The notes beneath the pieces are model-generated. The model did not search any database, was not told where the DNA came from, and saw only the letters and a list, made by a program, of their open reading frames with translations. Position numbers and translations under genes: made by a program. A stretch of DNA of 64,000 nt from Bilabrum cf. latius (lineage: Eukaryota), in assembly GCA_965178125.1 (NCBI GenBank), contig OZ237751.1, positions 558,001 to 622,000 of the forward strand, written 5' to 3'. Each line of letters starts with the position of its first letter. The first letter of the stretch is position 1. Shown here in pieces: positions 13,753-26,600 of this stretch.

Positions 13753-13832
13753 CGGAACTTTTGGCTGCTGTTTGAGTGTATCGAAAACTTTTCGATTGTC
13801 ACAATATCTTCATCTTCGAAACTCAAGCACGG

Positions 13833-16085
13833 TCAAGCTTTGGGTGCAGGGCCGAATCTGGACGCCTTCGAGAAGCCGTGACGCGGACTGGACTTCTAGT
13901 GGGACGCTACAGGTTTCTTACCAACTGCCCCGTCGATCCTGCACAGCGTTGGATCCCCCGCCTCCCTGCCAGTCTCTTTTGGCCGGAAGGACATGCTCAG
14001 CCCCGGTGCTCGCTTCCTGTGCGCATCGCCCGGAAAATAACTGGCAGGGCCAGGGCCAGAATCTCGAGATGCTGCTCGAGGTGATTTCGCTCGCCTGCCG
14101 GCAGAACCAGCGGAACCAGCGGCGCCGCGCGCTGACTTGGAGAAGGCCCCGCCTCGGGGGGAGGAGGCCCTGGGAGAGGACTTGCCCGGCAAAGCGATAA
14201 ACCCGGCCGGGTCCCGCAGATCGTAGTCGCCGGGACCCGGAGTCGTATCTTTTTTGCGACCGACACGAGAGGCAGGTGCTCCGGTGCTCGGCTTCCCGCG
14301 CTGCCTGATGCCAGCCGGCCCCTTGGTGAGTACCGTGTGCTTGGCACCCAGCACGAGGCTGGACGGAACCATGTACGCACCGGGTCCCGGACCTGCCTGC
14401 TCTGCATCATCAAGTGGCCGTCTTGCCGATTTCCCGAATCCGATCCTTGGGCTCCGTGACCTCGTGCCGTCCCCTCCAATGCCACCGCCATCGGTTGCAA
14501 CCAAATTGTAGGAGCCTGGCCCGACCTGAGCACCTGCTCCGGGCTCCATGCTCGCCCCGAATGGCTTCCGCCTGGGCTGGATGCTGTACGCAGGCGCGCT
14601 GCTCAGATGCGCCCTCCCTATCTGCGAGTAGTGGCCCGGGCCAGGCGACTCGACCCTCTTCCTCTCTTCGCTCGCACCCGCTCCCCTGGAGGCCTTGCCC
14701 ATGCTGCCCCCTTGCACCGACTTCCAGCCGCCCCTGGCCTGGCGACCCTTCGACTCCCGCAGCCCCTTCGGTGGTCCCACAAACTGCACGCCCCGACCCT
14801 CAGGCCGAGGACCAGGCTCTCCCAGCCGAGGAGACAGTGACACGGCAGGCGCTCGCCGGGCCCCGCTCGACGCCTGGCTCGCCCGATCCACGTTGTACCG
14901 CCCCGGCCCCGGAGACCGCTCCCGGCTCCCTCGGTCCGTGCCCGCCTCTCCCCTTGGAGACTTGCAGAAGCCCACCCGGGGACTGCGAGGACGGTGAGGG
15001 TCCGCCCTGCCTGCGCCCACAGAGTAGCTGCCCGGCCCAGGCTCCGACGACGCAGCCCGCTGTCCTTTCCCAAACGCCCCGAAAGAGGTGCGGGAGGCCA
15101 GTCGCGGGGAGGGCGCTCGCTGCTTGGTGTGCTTGAGGCTGACGGAGAATCCGGCGGGGCCGGGCCCGTGGCGCTCTGCATCTGGGGGCATGCCAGACCG
15201 ACTGCTTCTTGGGAATCCGATGGAGGGAGCTGCTTTGCGCACCGTGCCTGCGCTCCCGACCAGATCGTACTCTGGTCCTGGGTTCATGTCGGAGCCGCTG
15301 GCGACGGCTCGCCTGGGCTGGATGCTGTACGCAGGCGCGCTACCCAGATGCGCCCTCCCTGTCTGCGAGTAGTGGCCCGGGCCAGGTGACTCGCTCCTCT
15401 TCCTCTCTTCGCCCGCACCCGCTCCCCTGGAGGCCTTGCCCATGCTGCCCCCTTGCACCGACTTCCAGCCGCCCCTGGCCTGGCGACCCTTCGACTCCCG
15501 CAGCCCCTTCGGTGGCCCCACAAACTGCACGCCCCGACCCCCAGGCCGAGGACCAGGCTCTCCCAGCCGAGGAGACAGTGACACGGCAGGCGCTCGCCGG
15601 GCCCCGCTCGACGCCTGGCTCGCCCGATCCACGTTGTACCGCCCCGGCCCCGGAGACCGCTCCCGGCTCCCTCGATCCGTGCCCGCCTCTCCTCTTGGAG
15701 ACTTGCAGAAGCCCGCCCGGGGACTGCGAGGACGGTGGGGGTCCGCCCTGCCTGCGCCGACAGAGTAGCTGCCCGGCCCAGGCTCCGACGACGCAGCCCG
15801 CTGTCCTTTCCCAAACGCCCCGAAAGAGGTGCGGGAGGCCAGTCGCGGGGAGGGCGCTCGCTGCTTGGTGTGGTTGAGGCTGACGGAGAATCCGGCGGGG
15901 CCGGGCCCGTGGCGCTCTGCATCTGGGGGCATGCCAGACCGACTGCTTCTTGGGAATCCGATGGAAGGAGCTGCTTTGCGCACAATTTTGGTCCCTGGTG
16001 CGACGTCGTACTGTGGTCCCGGCGTTTTTAATGTTTCTGTTTTTACTTCCCTGCGGGATCCTAGTGTAGGTCCATTGGTTGACAT
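13833..16085 (-). CDS. SHIPPO-repeat (PGPGxY) protein, ODF3/STPG-like axonemal family
   Basis: Many PGPGSY/PGPGRY/PGPGHY/PGPGAY/PGPGDY repeats with aPafsf-type spacers; one TAG at 13896, TGA at 13833. Confidence 0.8.
14569..15983. repeat. Near-identical intragenic direct duplication, period 741 bp (247 codons)
   Basis: ~14569-15242 matches ~15310-15983 with only scattered substitutions (identical ORF text at 14695 and 15436). Confidence 0.95.
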
Positions 16086-16231
16086 ACGAAACGGAAAGGA
16101 CTGTCTTCTCGGTTTCCGTTGGCTCCACCTGTGGATTGCAATGCAGTGCACTTGCAAACCGAATGATGATAAAATGCATAGATCTAGACATCATGTCATA
16201 TTGAAAGCGACTAAACAATCTCAAACAAGTC

Positions 16232-19200
16232 TTAGTCGTCAGTTCCAGCGGTGACATCGGTCAAGGAAGGGCCATCCTCGAAATACTCCGTAGTTTCTTC
16301 CTCCTCTAACTCTGTGATGCCATTTCGCACTACCCTTCGCACGCGCCGAGTTCGCCTGACAATGCGGCCTTCTCCACCAGAACTTTCAATTCCATTTGCG
16401 CTATGCTCTCGCTGGGAGTTTCCAGACTCTGCCGCTGAAGCCTTCAAGCCACCAGCTTGCTGTAGACCTAGCCGGCGATCCGATCCCTCCTTGGGGAGTA
16501 CAACCGGAACGCTTCGATTTCCACCTGCATTTCCATTTGTAGGAGACATAGCATCGGCCACAGTGGGGGCACGGGGGTCATTGTCAAGGTCGAGGTCCTG
16601 ATCCTCCTCCATTGACGCACAGGCAGCTGCTCGTCCACTGGTGCTGCCGTCGGCCGGTTTTCCAGCCGATACCGATGCCTCATGACTCGGATCCAGGTCA
16701 TCACTAGAGGCATGTGCACTGTGATTGGCCGCGCCTGAGCTCTTGCCAACGGATGCTGAGGAGCCTCCCTCAGAGATCGCCCCTCCATCACTGTATCCCC
16801 GGGCACTACCCTTCAACCGGTCGGCTGCTGCACCGCTGCCATCGGCGCCTTTCACCTCCTCGTCGTGATTGGTGGCGGAGGCCTGAATGCCAGCAATGGC
16901 ACTAGCCTAGCTGGTTTGCACTGAAGCCTTGCCCGCGCTTGATCCAACCGCCCGAAACGAGCTCTTGGGGCTCGGGCTCCACTCCCGCTCCCCCTCCGTG
17001 TGACTGCTAGACGGCGAGCTGATTCTCGCGGATGATAGGACAGGGTGCCCCTGGCGAGATGTTGGGCGGTGCACGCTTCCGGGAGCGCTGTTAACAACCT
17101 CGCCTGGATCAGCACCGGACTTGTCATCTTCATCTTCGTCGTTTCCAGGTGCTGACTGCTTCTGCTACTGGATTTGAAGCTCACTATTGCTGCCAAGCGG
17201 CAGTCCGTCCATACCGCTGATCTGGCTGCGCCCCACGTCAAGACCAGTCCACTGCAACGCTTGCTGGTCAATGGCATCGTGCAGATTCCCAAGTTGAAGT
17301 GCACCAATACTGCCTTTGTCTTTCTGCTGAACCCCGCTGCTGCCTTGCGATCCTTTTGCTGCAGACGCCGCTGCTTTTGGCTGCCTGTGCGGGCTCGGTA
17401 GCGACAAGTCCTACATCCCTGAGGACTAGGCCGTGCTGTACTCTCCGCCGATGGTCCCTGGTCCTCCTCTGTACTGGTTGTGGGGGGAGCCTGGTGTGGC
17501 TGCAAAGCTGGCTGGCGTGAGGGGCTAGGCCCCGATCGACTCGCCAAGCGCCAGCCCCATCTCGCCATCCCTGGCCATCTGCGGCGACTGAAACGCATTC
17601 CAGGGGCCGCCCTTTCCTTGCTCCTTGTCGAGCGAATGCGTCTGAATATGAGGCGGCGGGGACACACTTCTGTCTCGCTGAGCTGTGCTGTTCTTCCTGC
17701 TTCGATTCTTATTCTTCGTGCTTGCTGGGGACAGGAGCATCTGCTGCACCTCTCTCCTCGAAGCGATGCTCGCCTTCTCGTGGATCTCAGTCACCATGCG
17801 CTGGATGACTGCGCGCGTCTCTGCATCGCTGTCTTGGTCGGATGCCTCTTGCATGCCATCGTGCGAGCGGGGCGCATGCGGAACGCCGCCGCTGCTGCTT
17901 CTGCTGTCAGTATGCCCTGATGGTGCCTGCTAGTGGCCCGGCGATCTGGCAGCCGTAGACGATCCTAGCCCGTCACCGAACCATATGCCCCATCTCCTAG
18001 CGAGATCATGCAAGACCCTGGTGCGGAACCTTCGCTGTGCCCGTCTGAGCTTTTGCATGATTCTCCTCCTGGCGTCCCTCGCAATGAGCTGCATGGCGAG
18101 TGACAGAAGAGGCGGTTCGGTGAGGTCCCATTCCGCAAAGCTCGCCGCTCGAATAGCCTGCATGTCTTCTTCTCCTGGCTGAAACGAAGCCAGTCTCCTC
18201 TGATCCTGCAGGGCCTCTGCATTCTCCTCGAATTTTCTCGTGGACTGGTACACCTGGCGAAGGGATGCGACGCTGCCCCTCTTCTTGCCCCTGTTCTTCC
18301 CTTTGCCCTTGCGGGTCGACTTGGGTGATCTCGAGGCCTCCAGGCTGGAAAGCGCAGTAAAACTAGCTGATGTGCGCAGAGAGCTCGTCAGCCTGCTGCT
18401 AGCTGCACCGAATGCGGCTGGATGCTTGGGCGCATCGCCTCCTGCCGGGTCGTCACCTGGAGTTGCGCTGTCGCTCCCGTGGCTTTGCATAGATCCTGGA
18501 AGCATGCTGGATTGCTACATCCCTCCATTGCCGCTACGCCGCCAGTGCGATGCGTTGTATCCCGAGAACGATTTGGACAGCTGCAACGGCTGCTCGGATT
18601 TGGCAGGCTGGGCCGCTCGTCTCCTGCGCCGGCGTGGGCGCTGGCCCTCCCGCACGTCCCCTCCATCGCTCATCTGAGAAGGTGTGTCGATTGACTCGTC
18701 CTCTTGACTAATAATAGACTCATTTGCGGCAGAGACGGTTGCAAATCGGCTCGCATACCGCGGCAGCTGCACGCTGCTGTGGGCCTCCTGGGCGAGTTGC
18801 AGCAGCCGCTGCTGGAAGACGTCTGCGTGTTCCTTTGCGATTGCCACCCTCCTCTTCTCGGTCTCGAAGCGAGATGAAAAGCTAGCAGAGAAAATACTGA
18901 TGGGAAAAGCAGTCAGGATGGTGCCCGCGAGGAGCACGAGTGAGCCGATCACCTGCCCGCTAGGAGTCTCGGGCAAGATGTCGCCATATCCGACAGCCGT
19001 TGCAGCAATGATGGAAAAATACACACCGTCTATAATCGACTGAAAATGGGTCGGTGTGCTATCCGATCTCACGTACGTTTTCGAGTCCGCGTCAGGAATG
19101 CCGCGCTCCGCGTAGTACACAGCAGAAGCGCACAGCAGGAACCCGATCACGGCCAAAAAGGCCGCCATGCCAAGGGGAGCGGCAGAATCTGACAACGAAT

Positions 19201-20038
19201 CTATCAGCATTTTCATCCACGATATGTATTTTGTCGTCTTGAGCACACGTACGATCCTCACCAGACGGATGGGGCCGAACAGCGCCTGGTTCACTTCCCC
19301 TCCACTCGAGACGATACCAAGCTCGATATAGAAGGGAAGAATGGCAAGCAGGTCCACATAGTTGAGAACACCGACGGCAAACGTACCGTAGTCCGGCGTT
19401 GACACAAGCCTCAGCATAAACTCGGTCGTAAATACGCACACGCTAGCAACCTCGATCCCGTACAGCGCGGCAGACTCACCCATGCCTGGCTCTGCCTCGA
19501 GCACAATTGTGAGGCTGGACACCATGATAATTGCAAGAATAATCAAAGACAGCCAGTACGCGAGTGCAGAGAACTGGGGGTCCTCGAACGTGAGCCAAAC
19601 CACCTCGCGAACAGTCATGTCTGCGCCCGTCAAGCCGAGGACCCAATGCCCCGCTGGGAGCCCAGTTTTCCCCTTTTCTTGCGCGATCAGTTTCAGAGTC
19701 TCCATAATCAGGTTGAACTCTACCTTTGTCAGCTGTCCGTTGCCTTCCACGTCCATGGCAGCCACCAGCTGCGAAACCTCAGACCTCGAGGCCTGCGCAC
19801 CGACCTCAGTTAGACGCTCTTCTAGGTCTTCAACATGTATTGTATTATTACTGCACAAAAAATACGATGTTGGCGGCCAAACTAACATTATTAGTACAGC
19901 AAGGCAGTAATCAGCTCCAGACTCCCTAGAAACCCAACGGTCTTACTATTGTCCCTTCTGCAGCAGTGACTACCAGAGCCTCTCGTGGTGCTCTACTTGC
20001 CACAGTTCAGGAATGTCTTGCCCAAACACAGTGCTCAT
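16232..20038 (-). CDS. Voltage-gated K+ channel (Kv-like 6TM) with N-terminal EF-hand-like motif and long low-complexity C-terminal tail
   Basis: Exon 1 from ATG 20038, intron ~19946-19851; DVEGNGQLTKVEF (EF-hand-like loop), VWLTFEDPQFS, YVDLLAILPFYI, S4 IRLVRIVRVLK, pore ATAVGYGD. Five ORF-track fragments are in one frame separated only by TAG; ends TAA at 16232. Confidence 0.88.
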
Positions 20039-20181
20039 AGCGTTTAGCTTGCTCCAAGCCACGCGCAGTGAGCGGAGCGCGCACCAATGTCGAGCGGAAC
20101 CAACTTGAAGGATGAATCGGCGGCGCCCGGCCACAAACGAAGGTTCCACGTGGCAGGAATGAACCTGGACACTTCAACGAG

Positions 20182-20688
20182 ATGGACGGCAACAAGGTTA
20201 TCCAGTATGCGTCCACTATTGGAATTTTGGTTTCCGTGTATGCTCTTTATGTCGAGTTGAGCGTGGAAAACAACCCGATGAGCGCAGGTACACACTTTTG
20301 CGATATCTCAGCATGGGTTTAGTGTTCGAGAGTGCTTACCTCTCCCCAGGGGAAGATGCTCTCGTACTTTGGCATTGTTCCGAAAGGTTTTATTCTAGAT
20401 CTTCCGAATGCAGCGCTTGGCATGGTATTCTATACTGCAGCGCTGGTGCACGATGCTGTGATCGGGAGCCTGCTTGGGTGCGGGTCCAGAGCAGCTCGTT
20501 GGGTCATGTTTGCCGCTAGCCTCCTGAGCATCGGGGCAAGCACGTTCCTTATCTATACTTTAATTGCGATGAACGACTTTTGTGTTGTTTGCGCTGCAAC
20601 GCACGTGATCAACTCTGTCATTCTGTTGGCATCAGCCAGTCGTGTTTGGTGCGGAGCTTGCCTTGGTGACAAGCAAAAGAAGCAATGA
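20182..20688 (+). CDS. Vitamin K epoxide reductase (VKOR) family protein
   Basis: GILVSVYALYVE...FCDISAWV[TAG]CSRVLTS...PNAALGMVFY...FCVVC (loop cysteines and CxxC active site); ends TGA. Confidence 0.88.
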
Positions 20689-20888
20689 TGGCCGATAATC
20701 GTGGGGAAAATAAACGGATTCTGTTGGTAGGAGTGGGGAGAGGGGGGAAAGGGTGGGGGCGGGGGTTGATACTAGAGCTAGACTGGGAATCGCTCTGGCG
20801 AGCGTTGCTGTGAATAAACAGAAGCCATCATCTAACAGCTGTAATCATAGGATCGAAGGCAATCTGCACCTAAATGAGTTTGAACTCT

Positions 20889-23344
20889 TCAATCATCTTC
20901 ATTCTTACCCTCTCCTTCCCCATCACCGACCAAGTCAGATCCAGCATCCCCACCTGCCCCGCCCTCCCCTGCCTCTGCCTGCTCCTACTCTGGCTCACCA
21001 CCACCTGCCCCGTCCTCGCCGGCCTCCTCTCTCACCTCCTCTTCCTGGTCCTCGCCATCATGTACATCGATGGAGCGTGCGGTCGCCGCGCCACTCGCAG
21101 AAGACTCGCCAGCATCGAGCTCCCCGTCCTCTCCTTCACCTTGTCCCACACCATCCAGGGCCAGCGCCTCTCGTGCAACTCCTCCTTCACTGGCACCTGC
21201 ACCTGACTGCTGCCCTCTGGAACCGCTGTAGGGAACAATTCCATCATCCGGCGCGTCGTTCGGCTATCCGACGGCAGCCATGCTGTCGGCATCGGCATCA
21301 GCATCAGCATCAGCATCAGCCACAGCACCAGCACCAGCATCGCCGTCAGCACTTGCCCTGCCGCCATCTTCAGCTGCCTCACTCCCACTCTCATCCTGCC
21401 CCGCCTCGTTCACCTCGCCCTCGCCGGAGCCGGGGTCTCCAGAGCCTCGGGAACCGCTCCTCGAACGAGATTGGTGCAGCGTGTCGTGCCTCGGCTCATC
21501 TCCTGCGTCCTCTCCCTCTACCTCGTCTCCTTCGTTTGCGTGCCTTCCGCCGGCAGCGTCTCCGGTGCGAGGCGATTCGGAGCTGGAATCTGGCCTGCCC
21601 CATCGGGTGACGTCCCCACCCCCGCCGAGCCCGCTCGCCCCCCCTGCTCCCTGATTTGTTCCCTGAGAAGCCGCCCCGGAGTATCCGTACCCTTCATCAG
21701 TACCACCCTCTGCAGAACTGTCCTGCCGGTTGCTGCCGTTGCTGCTGGCAGAGACGTCTGTGGTGCTGGAGTACTGCACGTTGCCCCGTCGTCTCAGAGT
21801 CTCCCGCTACTAGCCTGCCCGTCCACTGTCCTGCTGCCCCTCACCCTCGCCCACATCTTCATCTTCATGCCTGTCGTGTCCTTGCTCGTACCCTTGCAGC
21901 CCGGATCGACCGCCGCTCCCGCCATTCCCCCTACCGAACGACGGCCCGCCCTCCTCCCCACTGGCATCATAAATGTCCTCGCTTTCCGCCTCATCATCGT
22001 CATCATCGTCACCGACGTACACGTCGCCCGCAGCAGCGGCACCAAACGCGTTGCTTCCGCGCGCCCCGCCGCCATCATCTCCTCTCGGAGCAACTGCTCC
22101 GTTCGGCTGCGGTGCTCGCACGGGAGCCCGATCGTACGGGTCACCATCGTGATAGACCCCAAACTAGCCGTCACCGTAGCTTCCTGGGGGGCTTGATTCG
22201 TCTGTTTTCCTCGCAATGTCCCCCCCTCTCTCAGCCATCTCCAGCTCGTGTGTCCTCGCCTGGTCAGCGTCCCGCTTGGCCCGCTCTTCACGCTCCTTCT
22301 TGCGCTCTTCTGCCTGCTTGCGGCTGCGCTCTCTTTGCAAGCGCTCCCTTTCGTTAAATCTATGCACGATCCAGTCGTATGTCCCCATACCAATCCACAG
22401 CAGGTAGGTGTGGAATCCCCAGAGGGAGGCAACGCTGCCGCCGGCGATGACAGCAAGGAGGACGTGGATCGAATTGAGGACGTAAAACGCGATTGAATCG
22501 TCCACGCTTGGCAGCCTCCAAGCTGTCATTATCAGTATTCCGACGATTGCTTGCCAAAAAAGCTGGAGCGTTCCTGTGACACGACAAAAGCAAGTTCACC
22601 CGTTTAGATCAGATGCTGCTAGAAGGCTAACTCGAGCGCAGGAGCATATAGCATCGGTATTTCAATCGCTCACCGGTAACTGACATCAAGTAGAACTAAA
22701 AATAGTTTCTTGTTCCAATGTCAGTGTTGAGCCACATGCAGTGGTGGTCCAGACCAGGGGTCGACTTGTTGCAAATTCGGCAATACCGGCTTTGGCGTTC
22801 TTGCGTGTACGCCATGCACATACAGCGCACTGTGCCACATCCTTCCTGCGACAAGTAAATGCAGTAAATGCCTGATTCGGACTGGCGCTAGGACAGGGCG
22901 GTCCCAAATGTTCGCTGTTGCATGCCGTCGCCCGCCTCACTGCGTCTCCCGGGTCTACCAACTCGCAGTATATCCAGCAAGCAACCGTGATAATGGCCAA
23001 GATGCCATAAACAGATATTGATCCAATAAGCTGCGCAATGGTAGCATGGTACATTAAAGATAAGACAGTGATGCGGCCCGTATTCGCATCTATGATATGG
23101 CCCGTGTTCGAAACGTACCTCAGCATTACCTTCGATGAGAAGGGCAAATACCACGAAACCAGTCTGTGAGATTTAAAGTCTAACATAATTCCCTTGAAGT
23201 GAGACGTAGACGTTGAGCAAGAGCAGAGACAGGACTATTCCTTACAATAGTTAGAACCACGTAGCTAGCGGAAGCAGCAATCTATTCAGTTGTATAGGGT
23301 GGTTGCAAGCCATTCGAACGCTTATTTCCGCCAAATGCGCTCAT
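20889..23344 (-). CDS. DHHC-type palmitoyl acyltransferase (ZDHHC1/11-like) with acidic Gly-rich tail
   Basis: N-term RSNGLQPPYTTE[TAG]IAA; YCRICNKSTPGLDHHCMWLNTDIGTRNY at ~22790-22700; GFHTYLLWIGMGTYDWI; at least 3 GT-AG introns (start of second exon uncertain); ~7 in-frame TAG; ends TGA. Confidence 0.88.
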
Positions 23345-23666
23345 TGCTACAGCCACCTCGGTTCAAGGACACCTGCAACGGATATTGAAACCAACGAGAA
23401 CCCACCACAACGTTTACAGTGCGATGCAATTCAAGTTGCGACCACGCACGCTGCGCTCAGCTCGAGCTGTGCGACCGTTCACAAAAAGCGAGCACAACAT
23501 TCATTTCTCAAAGAAGGCCGCTAGTTTTTGGGACATTTGAGGGTTCAGCATGTTTAACTAGTCTAAGGATGATGAGATCATGCTTGCATTGGTTGGAAGC
23601 ACCCAGTTTTCGGGCGACAAAGACCGAGGCGCTCGAGCTGCTCGCACAAGCTCATCGAGCAGCAGC

Positions 23667-26600
23667 ATGGCCGCGATGCAAGACGAATCGCCGCATGCCG
23701 TGCAAGCAACAACAAAAAACAAAACTGATTCATTTCATGACGCCGAATCATCCGTGTTTGGGACTCCTCCAACGATGAAGCGAACAGTGAGCAGTCAGTG
23801 GGGTGAGCAGTGGTCCGACGTCAGCATCGGCAAGCATCTCGGCTCGCAACAGGCGCCTGGAGTTCAATTTCCGATAGATGAGAAGCGACAGGAAGCGAGA
23901 GCAGGCACTTAGCCTCCTAGAGCAGAAGTCAAGGCAAAGAAGGTGGTTCCCAGAGCAACCGGCTTCTTGGGCGGCAGCGAAGCTCGTTTGCCGAGCAGCG
24001 GCTCGAGCGACGGTATCCTGCTCGACAGTGTCATGACAGGAGCAAATAGGTCTGCTCTGAAAAAGTACACCAAGTTGAACAAGGTGCAGAGCGCTTTCTT
24101 CGATTCACTGTTCTGCTCCGACGACAACGCGGTGATTGCAGGTCCGACGGGAGTTGGAAAGACGCTCGCAGCTGAACTGGCCTTCTTGCGCATGATCAGC
24201 AGGCAATCGGCACATTCAGAAGGGACATCCTTGGGTAAGCCAGATTCTAGGGGTCGGGGCAAGATGGTGTACCTTGCTCCAAGCCGGGCGCTGTGTATCG
24301 AGAGGGCAAGCGATTGGGCTGCTCGATTCGAGGGCCCGCTCAAAATCAAGGTGGAGTGCCTTCCCTCCGATTTTGGGAGCCTCGATGCAAGCTCCGCCAG
24401 TCTGAATTCCAGACTTGCTCGGGCGGACTTGCTGTGCACAACTCCCGAGAAATGGGACTCTGTGACGAGGCGGTGGAAGTCGAACGCCGACCTCATCGGA
24501 GAGGTGTCTGTCGTCTGCATCGACGAAGTACACACTCTCAGCGACGATCGGGGAGCCACACTGGAGGCAGTAGTGGCTAGGATGCGCACGATTGCGTCCT
24601 CTAACGCCGCAAAGCAGAAGGGTTGGCCTTGCACCAACCTCAGGCTGGTCGCCTTGTCGGCTACGCTGCCCAACGTCAACGACGTGGCTGCGTGGCTGCG
24701 GGCGCCAGCCAAGTCCACCTTCCAGTTCCCCGCCAGCTCCCGCCCAGTCCCCCTTCAGCTCCACGTGAAAGGCTACAACCACCGTGGTAACGACTTCCTC
24801 TTCGTGAAGCAGCTGCTCGACAGAGTCTACGACGTTTTGCTCGAGCTCTCCGACTAGAAGCCAGCCCTCGTGTTCTGCACCTCACGGTCGCAGGCCCAGA
24901 CCCTCGCTGCGCAGCTGGCGGCCCAGGCAGAGACTGGAGCGACAAATTCCTACCTGGCCAAGCAAAAGATGAAGCAGACGGGAGGCAAGTCTGGGGTGTT
25001 CGCAGCAGTGTCGTCCGCGCACGGCGGGCAGGTTGCACGGAAGTCTGCTCTCTCCAAGTTCGTCATCTCAGAGGAGCACAAGCAGGCCCTATTCACTGCT
25101 TCACTGGATGTCAAAGACAAGGGGCTTGCCAGGCTGCTGTCCCTCGGGGTGGGCTACCACCACGCTGGCATGGAGCCGTCAGACAGGGAGCTCATCGAAC
25201 AGCTCTTCAGGGACAGGGTGCTGCCCACCCTGTGCACCACGTCAACTCTGTCTGTCGGAGTGAACCTTCCCGCTCATCTAGTGGTGGTTGCTTCCACAAT
25301 GGCGTGGAGGGGCCAGGGAAGCGGCTACCAAGAGGTACCCAGGGCGCAGATCCTGCAGATGCTGGGTAGGGCAGGAAGGCCCGGGTACGACACGCACGGC
25401 GTGGGCGTGGTGATGACCAAGCTTGATGATCGCACTAGGCTGCAGCGCTCGCTGACTGGCAGTGAGATCGTTGAATCAAGGCTGGCAGACCAGCTGGTGG
25501 AGCACCTGAATGCAGAGATCAGCTCAGGTGCCATCACCAACGTGACCGATGCCGAGCGCTGGCTACGCAGCACGTTCTTCTTCGTTCGACTCATGCGGAA
25601 TCCTGCCATGTACCTTCGCTTCTGCAAGGCTGCGTAGCCCGCAAGCAACGAGCAATAGACGGGTATGGGAGCCGCAGTGGGACTGCCAGGCACTGCTGCC
25701 ACGGGTGGCGCAGCAGCTGCAGAGAAGGAGCAGCCCAGCGGGCAACCGTATTCGAAGGAGGTGAGCTATCAAATGAAAGCACCGATGCGCTATTATGCTT
25801 TGTTTTGCTATCCTACTGTAGCTATTGCCACGTGCTACTTGCAATTTCGTACCCCTTGCACCGCAGCTTCGTGCCCTCGCCAATCGGTGCATCGACCGAC
25901 TGCAGCAGGCTGGCATCGTCGAGGTGGTGCCAATGACAGACGGCTCTTCGGCAGGAAATGGATCAACCGAAGCAAAGGTGCTGCCCAAGAGTCAGTCACA
26001 CGTAATGTCCAGGCGATATCTGCGGTTCATCACCGTTGCACAGGCTGTGAAGATGGGCCAGCGTGAGTGGCATTCCAGCACGAGGATGCGGTAATTGTTG
26101 GCACCGACTGACATGCACGCATTGCTACACACACCTCCAAGTAACTATTCCAAATCTTATATTGTTTTGCAGTGGTTGGCCTCGAGGACGTGCTGAGGAT
26201 GGCGTGCAGCTGCAAGGAGCTGGACGACACGTGCGTGCGGAGAGACGACCGAGTGCCCCTCAGCGAGATCTGGTCCGGGAAACGGCCAGGAGCGCGGTTC
26301 AGATCAAAGGAGAAGATCAAGTCAAAGACAGACAAACTGTTTGTGCTGGTGCAAGCGTACATTGCACGGACTGTGCTTTCAGGCGCCAAGGAGAGCAGAC
26401 TGAAGGAAGACGGGCAGCGATCCGCGCACGTGCTCCAGCGCGTGCTGGACGGAATCCACGAGTAAGATCCGTAGCAACACTTGCCCGGTGAAACAGCTTC
26501 TGGTAAATGTCCTAATTTGCATGCTTCTATCTTCTTGTTTCTCGCGCATGCACAGGATCATGGAGAGCAACGACATCAGGGCTCCGGGGGCCGTCAATGC

